Origin: Pseudomonadota bacterium
GTDB taxonomy: Bacteria; Pseudomonadota; Gammaproteobacteria; Steroidobacterales; Steroidobacteraceae
Length of the DNA stretch: 64,000 bases
Direction: 5' to 3'
Assembly (NCBI GenBank): GCA_037200975.1
Contig: JBBCGI010000001.1
Coordinates: 3,429,716 to 3,493,715 of the forward strand
This document shows, piece after piece, positions 10,340 to 20,339 of the stretch. The notes beneath the pieces are model-generated. The model was not told where the DNA came from, searched no databases, and worked only from the letters and a program-made list of their open reading frames with translations. How positions within the stretch are numbered: position 1 is the first letter of the stretch; every line of letters begins with the position of its first letter. Position numbers and translations under genes: made by a program.

Positions 10340-11590
10340 ATGAAAGAGTGGGACGTCGTCATCGTCGGCGGTGGCATGGTCGGCGCGAGTTTCGCGCTGG
10401 CGCTGCGGGCGACCCGCCTGCGGGTGCTGCTGGTCGAAAGCGTGTCGCCCGATTCCGCCGCGCAGCCGAGTTTCGACGAACGCACCACGGCGCTCGGCAA
10501 CGGCTCGAAACAGATCTTCGAATCGCTCGGCGTGTGGCCGGCGTTGGCCGCCGAATCCTCGCCGATTCGGGCGATCCATGTTTCCGACGCGGGGCGCTTC
10601 GGCGTCGCGCGCCTCGACGCGCGCGAGCAGGGTGTACATGCCTTCGGTTACGTCGTGCCCAATCGGGCGATCGGGCGCGCGCTGTGGCAGGCGCTGCGCG
10701 ACGCGCCCAACGTGACGCTCGCGGTGCCCGCGCAGGTCCGGAGCGCCACGCTGCGCGACGATGGCGTCGTGCTCGATATCGTCACCGAGATGGCCACGGA
10801 ACGTGGCGTCGAGAAGGTGACCGAGCGTGTGCGCGCGGCGGTCGCGGTGGCCGCGGACGGCGCCGGCTCGGTGCTGCGCGCCAGCGCCGGCATCGACGCG
10901 TCGGTCGAGGACTACGAGCAGGTCGCCATCGTGGTGAACGCCGCCACCGAACGGCCTAACAACGGCGAGGCATTCGAGCGTTTTACGCCCTCCGGTCCGC
11001 TGGCCGTGTTGCCGGTGACCGGTGGCGGCTACACCGTGGTGTGGGCGGTGGCGCCCGCGCGCGCGGCGAAACTCGTCGCGCTCGATGAAAATGCCTTTGC
11101 TGCCGAATTGCTGGCGGCTTTCGGCTGGCGCGCCGGCCGCTGGACCAAGATCGGCCGCCGCAACACCTATCCGCTGACGCTGTCGCGCGCCGCGGAAACC
11201 GTCGCGGGGCGCGTGGTGCTCATCGGCAATGCGGCGCAGGCACTGCATCCGGTGGCGGGCCAGGGTTTCAACCTCGGGTTGCGCGATGCGGCGACGCTGG
11301 CGGAAATGCTGGCCGGCGCGGCCGCCGACTCCGGCAGCAGCGAGGCCGATTACAGCGAGTTGTTAGCCCGGTTCTCCGCCTGGCGCGCGGAAGATCGCCA
11401 GGGTGTCACCCGCTTCACGGATGGGCTGGTGAAGCTGTTCGGCAACGACACGCCGGGCGTCGGCCTGGTACGCAACTTCGGCCTGCTGCTGTTCGACATG
11501 AGCCCCGCGGCCAAGCGCGCGTTGTCGCGCGTGAGCTGGGGATTCGCCGGCCGCATGCCGCGCCTGGCGCGCGGCCTGCCGCTGGAATGA
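10340..11590 (+). CDS. ubiH: 2-octaprenyl-6-methoxyphenol hydroxylase (FAD-dependent ubiquinone monooxygenase)
   Basis: GGGMVGASFALAL Rossmann motif, a UbiH/Coq6 family signature, and GNAAQALHPVAGQGFNLGLRD. Confidence 0.85.
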   Translation: MKEWDVVIVGGGMVGASFALALRATRLRVLLVESVSPDSAAQPSFDERTTALGNGSKQIFESLGVWPALAAESSPIRAIHVSDAGRFGVARLDAREQGVHAFGYVVPNRAIGRALWQALRDAPNVTLAVPAQVRSATLRDDGVVLDIVTEMATERGVEKVTERVRAAVAVAADGAGSVLRASAGIDASVEDYEQVAIVVNAATERPNNGEAFERFTPSGPLAVLPVTGGGYTVVWAVAPARAAKLVALDENAFAAELLAAFGWRAGRWTKIGRRNTYPLTLSRAAETVAGRVVLIGNAAQALHPVAGQGFNLGLRDAATLAEMLAGAAADSGSSEADYSELLARFSAWRAEDRQGVTRFTDGLVKLFGNDTPGVGLVRNFGLLLFDMSPAAKRALSRVSWGFAGRMPRLARGLPLE

Positions 11591-12813
11591 AGCACGACTA
11601 CGACGTAGCGGTGGTCGGCGCGGGACCGATCGGACTCGCCACCGCCATCCTGCTGGCGCGGATTGCGGGCCTTCCGGCCGAACGTATCGTCGTCTTCGAT
11701 CGGCGCATTCCCGACTCGTTCGACGCCGCGCGTGTTCCGCCCGTGGACCTGCGCGTGTTCGCGCTGTCGCGCGCCAGTGAAAAAATCCTGCGCGCGGCGG
11801 GCGCGTGGACCGACATCGCAGCGACGCGCGCGGCCGCCTACGAACGCATGCAGGTGTGGCACGCCGACGTGCCGCCGCATGGCGGCGACGCGCTGGTGTT
11901 CGACGCCGCTGAAATGGGCGAACGCGATCTCGGCACCATCGTGGAGAACGGCGTGCTGCAGGCGGCGCTGGCGGGCGCGGCGCGGCGCCTCGGCATTGTC
12001 CTGGCGGACGGTGAAATCACCGCGCTCGGGCACGAGCGCGATGCGGTGCGCCTGCGCGCGGGCGAGCGCGAGGTGCGCGTACGCGTGGTGATCGGCGCCG
12101 ATGGCGCGTTATCGCGCGTGCGCGAGTTGGCCGGCCTCGCCGTCTCGCGAACCGACTACGGACAGACCGCGCTGGTGGCAAACGTGAGCACGGCGCGATC
12201 ACACCGGCACACCGCCTGGCAGAGGTTTCTGGGCGACGGCACGCTGGCGTTCCTGCCACTCGCCGACGGACAGAGTTCGATCGTCTGGTCCATCCCGACG
12301 GCGCGGGCCGAACAGCTGCTGGCGACGGCGCCGCAGGATTTCGAACGCGAGCTCGAGAAGGATTTCGACGCCGCGCTCGGCAAGGTGAAGCTCGAAAGCG
12401 CGCGGCTGAAATTTTCGTTGTGGCGCCTCTCGGCCGCCAGCTACATCAGCTCGCGCGTCGCGCTGGTCGGCGACGCGGCGCACGTGGTGCACCCGTTGGC
12501 GGGGCAGGGCGCGAACCTCGGATTGCTGGACGCGGCGGCGCTGGCCGATGTGCTGGGCGAAGCATTGCGGACCGGTGAGGACCCGGGTGCCGAACGGATC
12601 CTGCGTCGCTACGAACGCTGGCGGCGCAGCGAGAACGATCTGATGGGCGGCGCCATCGATGCCTTCGACCGCCTGCTGGCGCGCGGCAGCGGCCGCGTCG
12701 CGGAACTCGCGCAACGTGGCATGCCCTGGGTGGGTAGTTCGACGCTGGCCAAGCGCCTGTTTCTCGAACGCGCGATGGGCTTGTCGGGCGAATTGCCGCT
12801 CGCGGCGCGGTAG
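11587..12813 (+). CDS. ubiI: UbiH/UbiF/VisC-family FAD-dependent monooxygenase (probable UbiI/VisC)
   Basis: VVGAGPIGLATAILLA and GDAAHVVHPLAGQGANLGLLD. Its start overlaps the ubiH stop (ATGA). Confidence 0.8.
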   Translation: MKHDYDVAVVGAGPIGLATAILLARIAGLPAERIVVFDRRIPDSFDAARVPPVDLRVFALSRASEKILRAAGAWTDIAATRAAAYERMQVWHADVPPHGGDALVFDAAEMGERDLGTIVENGVLQAALAGAARRLGIVLADGEITALGHERDAVRLRAGEREVRVRVVIGADGALSRVRELAGLAVSRTDYGQTALVANVSTARSHRHTAWQRFLGDGTLAFLPLADGQSSIVWSIPTARAEQLLATAPQDFERELEKDFDAALGKVKLESARLKFSLWRLSAASYISSRVALVGDAAHVVHPLAGQGANLGLLDAAALADVLGEALRTGEDPGAERILRRYERWRRSENDLMGGAIDAFDRLLARGSGRVAELAQRGMPWVGSSTLAKRLFLERAMGLSGELPLAAR

Positions 12814-12818
12814 ATTTT

Positions 12819-13691
12819 TTGTTCGCCATGAAGAACCCGCGCGTGGCCGGCATGGCCTACATGCTCACCGGCGTTGCGGCGTTCGCGTTCATGGATGCCA
12901 GCCTCAAGTGGCTCACCGCGTCCTATCCAGCGGCGCAGGTGGCCGCGGTGCGCGGCCTCGCCGCATTGCCCGTGGTGTTCGTCTGGGCGCTGTATGCCGG
13001 GGGCGCGGGCCAGCTCACGCGTATCCGCTGGCCGTTGCACCTGGTCCGCGGGGTGTTGTCGGTTTTCATGATGATCGCCTTCACGTTCGCGCTGAAGGAG
13101 CTGTCGCTCGCCAAGGCGTATGCGCTGTTCTTCGTGGCGCCGCTGCTGATCGCGGTGTTTTCGATCTTCATGTTGGGCGAGCGCGTGCAACGCACGCAGT
13201 GGGTGGCGATCGTCATCGGGTTCGCCGGCGTATTGATCGTGCTGCGCCCGGGCGCGGTGGGTTTTGGTCTGGCCGGCACGGTGGCCGTGCTCGGTACCGC
13301 GTTTTGTTATGCGCTGTCTTCGGTACTCGTGAAGATCATCGGCCGCACCGACAGCACGCAGTCGATGATTTTCTGGATGACCTGCATGCTCGCCATCGGC
13401 GCGACGTTGATCGCCTTGCCACAATGGCAGCCCATCCGGCGCGAACACCTTTTGCTGATCGCGTGCGTCGCGTTCACTGGAGCGGTCGGCCAGTGGGGTA
13501 TCACGGAGGCGTTCAAGCGTGCCCCGGCGGCCAGCGTGGCACCGCTCGAATATTCGGGGCTTGCCTGGGTGATCCTGATCGACTTGATCGTGTGGTCGGT
13601 GACGCCGGAATGGCAGACGCTGGCCGGCGCGGCGGTCATCATCGGCAGCGGACTTTACTTGTTGCGGTTCGAGGCGCGGCGCGCGGCCTGA
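12819..13691 (+). CDS. DMT-superfamily (EamA-like) transporter
   Basis: Ten predicted TM helices and a duplicated EamA architecture. Confidence 0.8.
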   Translation: MFAMKNPRVAGMAYMLTGVAAFAFMDASLKWLTASYPAAQVAAVRGLAALPVVFVWALYAGGAGQLTRIRWPLHLVRGVLSVFMMIAFTFALKELSLAKAYALFFVAPLLIAVFSIFMLGERVQRTQWVAIVIGFAGVLIVLRPGAVGFGLAGTVAVLGTAFCYALSSVLVKIIGRTDSTQSMIFWMTCMLAIGATLIALPQWQPIRREHLLLIACVAFTGAVGQWGITEAFKRAPAASVAPLEYSGLAWVILIDLIVWSVTPEWQTLAGAAVIIGSGLYLLRFEARRAA

Positions 13692-13764
13692 CTATTTCCG
13701 GCCCGGCGGCCTTTTCTGCAGGGTCGGTCACAGGTTCTGCGCGCCTTTCGGGAATACTTGCCGG

Positions 13765-14205
13765 ATGGCGATCGAGATCGTTCCGGTAATCCTGTTGCCG
13801 ACCATGGATGCGAGCCGGTTCGAGCGTTGCACGTTCGCGCTCGAGGAGCGCAAGGCGACCATGACGATCTACATGAGGGATCTCGATCCCTTCGTCGTGT
13901 TCTTCGGCCGGCTGTGCTGGCACCGCGTTACACCGTTCGAACAGTGCAACTCCACCATCACCGAAGGCTGCCATCTGGCGGTCGCGGAGATAAAAGGTTC
14001 GCCGGCCCTCAAGGCCCATGTGAACAAATACCAATTGCCGCAGAAGGACGCGCAGTCGCTGCATCACTACCGCATCTTCCTCGGCGCGGGTGGTGTGCAC
14101 GAGGCGTTCGCCGCCTCGGCTTCGCTTGACTGGGTCGACGCGTTGAGGGGATGGGGGCGCGTGAAATCGATGTTTCGCCCCGTCGCGCGAGCCGGGAATC
14201 GTTAG
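13765..14205 (+). CDS. Hypothetical cytoplasmic protein, 146 aa, with spaced cysteines
   Basis: High GC3 coding signal and no recognisable family. Cysteines fall in C..CWH..C..C spacing and the SD is weak. Confidence 0.5.
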   Translation: MAIEIVPVILLPTMDASRFERCTFALEERKATMTIYMRDLDPFVVFFGRLCWHRVTPFEQCNSTITEGCHLAVAEIKGSPALKAHVNKYQLPQKDAQSLHHYRIFLGAGGVHEAFAASASLDWVDALRGWGRVKSMFRPVARAGNR

Positions 14206-14327
14206 GCCGTGACATCTGAAATGGGATTTGCTTAACAACTACGTAGAAATTCTGTCAGCAGCGCACGCGGGCGCTCCTATACTTTGGCCATTGGCGTGTG
14301 TCGCCACTCTTCCGGGGGGAAGGAGTC

Positions 14328-14855
14328 ATGTTTTCTGCAAGCCGCGCATCGCTCGCGGCGCTGCTGCTGGTTGTGTCCATGCACGTGACAGCCAACGACG
14401 CGCCGCGATGCCTTTCCGATTCAGTCGAAGCCCACGTTCGTCAGCAGTTCGCGACGTTCGGGCCGCTGTCGGTCAACTATGAATATTTCGGATTCATCTA
14501 CCGGCTGGGGCGGACAGTGGACAGCGCGGTGGTGCGCGGTTCGCGCTGCGTCGCCCGCAGCTGCGTGATCGACGTCGCGCGCGCGGCGGCCATGATTCCC
14601 GCCGGCGCCGTGATCCTGGGCGAGTGGCATACGCATCCGCGCAACGGAGAGGCGCCCTTGTCGGAGCAGGATGTGCTCGGCGCGTATCGCAACCGGAATC
14701 TCGTCTGCTACTACGCGTTTTACAGCGAGCCTGATGGGGCCATCTACTCCTGGAATCCGCGGCGCGGCATGGTGACGACGGCGATGGCATCGCGCGTCCA
14801 CGTCGGCAACTATCCGCGGGTTCGCGGCAGCGGCGGCACGTTCGCGCGCAACTAG
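14328..14855 (+). CDS. Secreted hypothetical protein with HxH..S..D (JAB/MPN-like or DUF4329-like) motif
   Basis: Strong SD GGAAGGAG and signal peptide MFSASRASLAALLLVVSMHVTA. GEWHTHPRNGEAPLSEQD resembles the JAMM E..HxH..S..D metal site. Confidence 0.6.
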   Translation: MFSASRASLAALLLVVSMHVTANDAPRCLSDSVEAHVRQQFATFGPLSVNYEYFGFIYRLGRTVDSAVVRGSRCVARSCVIDVARAAAMIPAGAVILGEWHTHPRNGEAPLSEQDVLGAYRNRNLVCYYAFYSEPDGAIYSWNPRRGMVTTAMASRVHVGNYPRVRGSGGTFARN

Positions 14856-14877
14856 CTATTGCGCGCCGGGGGCGTCG

Positions 14878-14945
14878 AATCTTGTCTTACGCCGCGCCGA
14901 GCGCGTCGATACTTGTCTTACGACGCGCCGAGCGCGTCGATCTTC
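14878..14945. repeat. Tandem duplication of about 34 bp (CTTGTCTTACG(C/A)CGCGCCGAGCGCGTCGAT) at the 3' end of pcd, including its stop codon
   Basis: Two direct copies, 14878-14911 and 14912-14945. The second copy forms the C-terminus and stop of the minus-strand pcd. Confidence 0.7.
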
Positions 14946-15276
14946 GCAGCGCAGATGAAATCGTTTTCGTGCAGCCCGCCGATGGCGTGGGTCTGATAAC
15001 GGATGCGGCAATAACCCCAGCCGCATTCGATGTCGGGGTGATGATCCTGCAGGTTGGCGATGTGCGCCACGGCATTGACGAAGCTCATCGCACGGTAGAA
15101 ATCCGCGAACTTGAATTCGCGCCTCAGCGCTTTGCCGTCTTCGACTAACTGCCAGCCGCCGTCATTCGACACGAGCAGACGCGCCAGCATCTTTTGCGCC
15201 TCGGCCGGCGTGAGCGCGGCGATGCCGCCGTGGCAAGGCACGCATTGTTTGTTGACGAGAGTGTCGTCGGTGCTGC

Positions 15277-15279
<3 letters not shown>
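14918..15279 (-). CDS. phhB: Pterin-4-alpha-carbinolamine dehydratase
   Basis: [32 protein letters not shown]...ANLQDHHPDIECGWGYCRIRYQTHAIGGLHENDF is the PCD family. Its start overlaps the ispG stop (ATGA). Confidence 0.85.
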
Positions 15280-16527
<1,248 letters not shown>

Positions 16528-16531
16528 CTAA

Positions 16532-16999
16532 CTACTTGGCCGGCGCGGGCGACGGATAACGCGATGAATGCCAGCCCGTCATCTGCCAGCGCTTGTCTTT
16601 CCAGATCCAGGTGTCGCTATAGCCGATCTCGAGATCCTGGGACTTGCCATTGGTGGCCACGGTGACCTTGGCGAGGCCACGAATGACCGCCACGTCGCCG
16701 TACAGGCGCACCTTCTGGATGTCCGCGGTCATCGAGATGTAATCGCGCCGACCGCTGGTCAACGACTCGATGAACGAGGCCTTCGTGTCGATGTCCCCGT
16801 TCGAGTGCACGTAGTCGAGGTCGTCGGCGAGCAGCAGACCGAGCGCCTTCACGTCCGCGTCCACGTTGGCCTTGAAGCGCGCGAGCTCGGCGGTTTTGAC
16901 GGCTGCTTCGCGAGCTTCGTCCTTCGCGAAGGAAGGCGCGGACTGCATTGTCGCGGCAGCGATAAATGCGAATACGGCGGCGATGCGGCGCGATTTCAT
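16532..16999 (-). CDS. Secreted SnoaL-like/DUF4440 (NTF2-fold) protein
   Basis: Signal peptide MKSRRIAAVFAFIAAATMQSAPSFA, and the C-terminal WIWKDKRWQMTGWHSS is typical of the DUF4440/NTF2 superfamily. Confidence 0.6.
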   Translation of the reverse strand: MKSRRIAAVFAFIAAATMQSAPSFAKDEAREAAVKTAELARFKANVDADVKALGLLLADDLDYVHSNGDIDTKASFIESLTSGRRDYISMTADIQKVRLYGDVAVIRGLAKVTVATNGKSQDLEIGYSDTWIWKDKRWQMTGWHSSRYPSPAPAK

Positions 17000-17061
17000 G
17001 AAAGTCCGGCTCGAAGCTGCGGGAAGGGGCTGCTATCATGCCACCCGTTCGCCAATTGACC

Positions 17062-17258
17062 AGACTCAGTCCGAGAGACCCTCTTTAATGAGGGCGCCGA
17101 AGGCGCAAGTTTCCGCCCGGAAACGCTCAGGCAAAAGAACGGCGGGGTTTGAAGGCGGGCTCTGGAGAGCGATGGCTTGGGCTGCGGCCCGGGACCATCC
17201 ACCGAAGGGGTGCGGCACGTGTTGACCACGAGCCCGATCTCTCAGGTTCAAGGACAGA
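17062..17258 (+). ncRNA. Tandem glycine riboswitch (two aptamers)
   Basis: Aptamer 1: CCGAGAGACC...GGGCGCCGAAGGCGCAAG...CTCAGGCAAAAGAAC. Aptamer 2: CTCTGGAGAGCG...CACCGAAGGGGTGCGG...CTCTCAGGTTCAAGGACAG. These match the GGAGAG / CGCCGAAGG.GCAA / CUCAGGCAAAAG.AC glycine-riboswitch cores, immediately upstream of gcvT. Confidence 0.85.
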
Positions 17259-17393
17259 GGGGCGGCGGGAAGAAGTGGTGCCGGGAAGGGGGTTCCGGGG
17301 GTTTGTGTGTAGCGCAGCGCACTCGCGTTGACTCGCATACAAACCCCCGGAACCCCCTTCCCGGCACCGCTTCTTCCCGCCGCTCTTTTTTTT
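17259..17393 (+). terminator. Riboswitch expression-platform terminator: about 45-bp-stem GC-rich hairpin plus T8 tract (family-2 palindromic element)
   Basis: GGGGCGGCGGGAAGAAGTGGTGCCGGGAAGGGGGTTCCGGGGGTTTGT...ACAAACCCCCGGAACCCCCTTCCCGGCACCGCTTCTTCCCGCCGCTC followed by TTTTTTTT (17386-17393). It ends 30 nt before the gcvT start. Confidence 0.7.
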
Positions 17394-17423
17394 GGCACTC
17401 GCGGTGTGCCGCAGGAGAAATTC

Positions 17424-18524
17424 TTGGGCAGACGCACACCGCTTTACGACCTGCATGTCGAACTCAACGCCCGCATGGTCGATTTCGGCGGCTGGGACAT
17501 GCCGGTCAACTACGGTTCGCAGATCGAAGAGCACCACGCGGTACGCCGCGACGCCGGTGTCTTCGACGTCTCGCACATGTGTGTGATCGACGCGCGCGGC
17601 ACGCAGGTGCGCGAGTTCTTCTCGAAGCTGCTCGCCAACGACGTCGCCAAGCTAACTACTCCGGGAAAGGCCCTGTACAGCTGCATGCTGAACGAGCAGG
17701 GCGGGGTCATCGACGACCTCATCGTCTACTTTCTGACCGCGAGCTGGTTCCGCGTCGTCGTGAACGCCGGCACGCGCGATAAAGATCTCGAGTGGATGCG
17801 GAAACTGGCGCCCGCCTTCGGCGTCGAGCTCACCGAGCGCACCGATCTCGCCATGCTTGCCGTGCAGGGTCCGAACGCGCGCGCCAAGGTCGCGGAATTG
17901 CTGCCCGCCGAGCATCGCGATGCCGCGCTCGCGCTCGACGTGTTCTTCGGCCGCGAGATGGGGCCATGGTTCGTCGCCCGCACCGGTTATACCGGTGAGG
18001 ACGGCTTCGAGATCATGGTTCCGGCCAACGAAGCGGTGCGCCTGTGGCGCGCGCTCAACGACAAGGGCGTGAAGTCCGCAGGTCTCGGTGCGCGCGACAC
18101 TTTGCGTCTCGAAGCCGCGATGAACCTGTACGGCAACGACATGGACGAAGCGCAGAATCCGCTCGAGTCGGGGCTCTCGTGGACCGTGTCTTTCGAGAAT
18201 CCGTCGCGCGATTTCATCGGCCGCAAGGCGCTGGAGTCGCTCAAGGCCGCCGGCCTCACGAAAAAGTTCGTCGCGCTGCTGCTGGAAGACCGCGGCGTGT
18301 TGCGCGGCCACCAGAAAGTGGTCGTCGCCGGGCAACCCGACGGCCAGGACGTGGGTGAGATCACCAGCGGCACCTTCTCCCCCACCATGGAAAAATCCAT
18401 CGCGCTCGCCCGCGTCCCGCGCGCCGCCGGCGCCACGGTGCAAGTAGACATCCGCGGCAAGCTGCTGAACGCGCGCGTCGTGAAAGCGCCGTTCGTCCGT
18501 CACGGCAAGATTCTAGTCAGCTGA
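17424..18524 (+). CDS. gcvT: Glycine cleavage system aminomethyltransferase T
   Basis: [50 protein letters not shown] aligns to the E. coli GcvT N-terminus. The probable TTG start at 17424 follows an AGGAG SD. The ORF-track start at 17328 lies inside the terminator hairpin. Confidence 0.85.
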   Translation: MGRRTPLYDLHVELNARMVDFGGWDMPVNYGSQIEEHHAVRRDAGVFDVSHMCVIDARGTQVREFFSKLLANDVAKLTTPGKALYSCMLNEQGGVIDDLIVYFLTASWFRVVVNAGTRDKDLEWMRKLAPAFGVELTERTDLAMLAVQGPNARAKVAELLPAEHRDAALALDVFFGREMGPWFVARTGYTGEDGFEIMVPANEAVRLWRALNDKGVKSAGLGARDTLRLEAAMNLYGNDMDEAQNPLESGLSWTVSFENPSRDFIGRKALESLKAAGLTKKFVALLLEDRGVLRGHQKVVVAGQPDGQDVGEITSGTFSPTMEKSIALARVPRAAGATVQVDIRGKLLNARVVKAPFVRHGKILVS

Positions 18525-18554
18525 TCAGCCAGGTCCCACTCCGGAGCAAATGAC

Positions 18555-18941
18555 ATGAGCGAAATCCCCGCCGATCTCAAGTACACCAAGTCACACGAGT
18601 GGGTCCGCACGTTGGCCGATGGCAACGTCGAAGTCGGCATCACCGATCACGCACAGGGCGCGCTCGGCGATCTGGTGTTCGTCGAAGTGCCCGACGCCGG
18701 CAAGGCGCTCAAGGTCGGCGACACGTTCGCGGTGGTCGAGTCGGTCAAGGCAGCTTCCGACGTGTACGCGCCGGTTGCAGGCGCCGTGATCGAAGGCAAC
18801 GCCGCGCTCGGCAGCCAGCCCGAGCTCATCAATTCCGAACCCTACGGCGCCGGCTGGATCATGCGGCTCAAGCCGGGCGGCGCGCCCGCCGGTTTGCTGT
18901 CCGCGGCCGAATACCAGGCGCATCTTGCCGCGGAGGGTTAG
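18555..18941 (+). CDS. gcvH: Glycine cleavage system H protein
   Basis: Lipoyl-lysine motif ESVKAASD, 128 aa. Confidence 0.95.
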   Translation: MSEIPADLKYTKSHEWVRTLADGNVEVGITDHAQGALGDLVFVEVPDAGKALKVGDTFAVVESVKAASDVYAPVAGAVIEGNAALGSQPELINSEPYGAGWIMRLKPGGAPAGLLSAAEYQAHLAAEG

Positions 18942-18943
18942 TC

Positions 18944-20314
18944 ATGCCGTTCAATCCGCACACTCCCGATGACGTCCAGCAGATGCTGGCCGCGATCGGC
19001 GCCAAAAAAGTCGACGACCTGTTCGACGAGATCCCGAAAGAGCTGCGTATTGAAGCGCTGGCCGGTATCCCCGACGCGCTGAATGAAATGCAGATCGGCC
19101 GTCTGATGATGGCGCGCGCCGCCCAGGACGGGCTGCCGCTCAATTTCATCGGCGCCGGCGCCTACGAGCATCACATTCCGTCGGCGGTGTGGGCGGTGAC
19201 CACGCGCGGCGAGTTCTACAGCGCCTACACGCCATACCAGGCGGAAGCGTCGCAGGGCACGCTGCAGCTGATCTACGAATACCAGACGATGATCACCTCG
19301 CTGACCGGCATGGAAGTATCGAACGCGTCGATGTACGACGGCGGCTCGGCGGTTGCGGAAGCGTCGCTCATGGCGGTGCGCGCGCATCGCAAGTCCAGGT
19401 CGCAGCGCATCCTCGTGCCGACCACCGTGCACCCTAACTACCGCAAGGTGGCGGTGGCGACGGCCAGCGGCCAGGGGCTGCGCTTCGAGGAGATCCCGTG
19501 CCCCAGGGGGCAGCTGTCGGTCGCGGATCTGGCCAAGTACCAGGGCGAGGACATCACCGCCATCGTCATCCAGCAGCCGAATTTCTTCGGCCAGCTCGAG
19601 GACGTGGACGCCATCACCGACTGGGCGCATGCCAACGGCATTTTCGTCATCGGTTCGGTGAATCCCACCGCGCTCGCCATCCTCAAGCCGCCGGGTCAGT
19701 GGGGCGCCAAGGGCGTCGACATCGCCTGTGGCGATTGCCAGCCCCTCGGCGTGCCGCTGTCCTCGGGCGGACCGTACGCGGGCTTCATGACCACGCGCAT
19801 GGAATACGTGCGCCAGATGCCGGGGCGCATCGTCGGGCGCACCGTCGACGCCAACGGCAAGCAGGGTTTTGCGCTCACGCTGCAGGCGCGCGAACAACAC
19901 ATCCGCCGCGGCAAGGCGACCTCGAACATCTGCACGAACCAGGGGCTGCTGGTCACGGCCGCGACGATCTACCTGAGCTTGTTAGGCCCCGAGGGTCTGG
20001 CGCGCGTGGCCAACACGTCCCATCAGCGCGCCAACGAACTCGTCGCGGCGCTGGGCCGCGTCAAGGGCGTGAAGGTGGCGTTCGAAGGGCCGCGGTTCCA
20101 CGAAGCCGTGCTGCTGCTCGACCGCCCGGTTGCCCCCGTGCTCGCGGAGCTTGCAACGCGCGGCATCGTCGGCGGGTTCGATCTGAGCGTCGACTACCCG
20201 GAGCTCGGCAACGCGCTGCTGGTCTGCGCCACCGAAACGCGCACGACCGCCGACATCCAGACGTACGCCGATGCGCTCACCGAGACTCTCAAAGCCGCCG
20301 TGCGCGCGGCCTGA
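18944..20314 (+). CDS. gcvPA: Glycine dehydrogenase (decarboxylating) subunit 1
   Basis: [31 protein letters not shown] matches the N-terminal subunit of a split P protein. The ORF-track ORF 18599..20314 is N-extended over gcvH. Confidence 0.9.
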   Translation: MPFNPHTPDDVQQMLAAIGAKKVDDLFDEIPKELRIEALAGIPDALNEMQIGRLMMARAAQDGLPLNFIGAGAYEHHIPSAVWAVTTRGEFYSAYTPYQAEASQGTLQLIYEYQTMITSLTGMEVSNASMYDGGSAVAEASLMAVRAHRKSRSQRILVPTTVHPNYRKVAVATASGQGLRFEEIPCPRGQLSVADLAKYQGEDITAIVIQQPNFFGQLEDVDAITDWAHANGIFVIGSVNPTALAILKPPGQWGAKGVDIACGDCQPLGVPLSSGGPYAGFMTTRMEYVRQMPGRIVGRTVDANGKQGFALTLQAREQHIRRGKATSNICTNQGLLVTAATIYLSLLGPEGLARVANTSHQRANELVAALGRVKGVKVAFEGPRFHEAVLLLDRPVAPVLAELATRGIVGGFDLSVDYPELGNALLVCATETRTTADIQTYADALTETLKAAVRAA

Positions 20315-20339
20315 GGACTATTTTTTCAAGGACTGGCAC

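Noticed and set aside
13639-14238. 199-aa minus-strand ORF opposite the 13765 hypothetical gene
   Set aside because: Arg-rich junk-like translation, while the plus-strand frame has better codon periodicity. It remains possible that neither is real.
14328-14855. Considered calling the secreted HxH protein a JAB deubiquitinase-like or polymorphic toxin domain outright
   Set aside because: The spacing (8 residues, not 7, before the Ser) and lack of the upstream Glu context cannot be verified without profile searches. It is kept as a hypothesis only.
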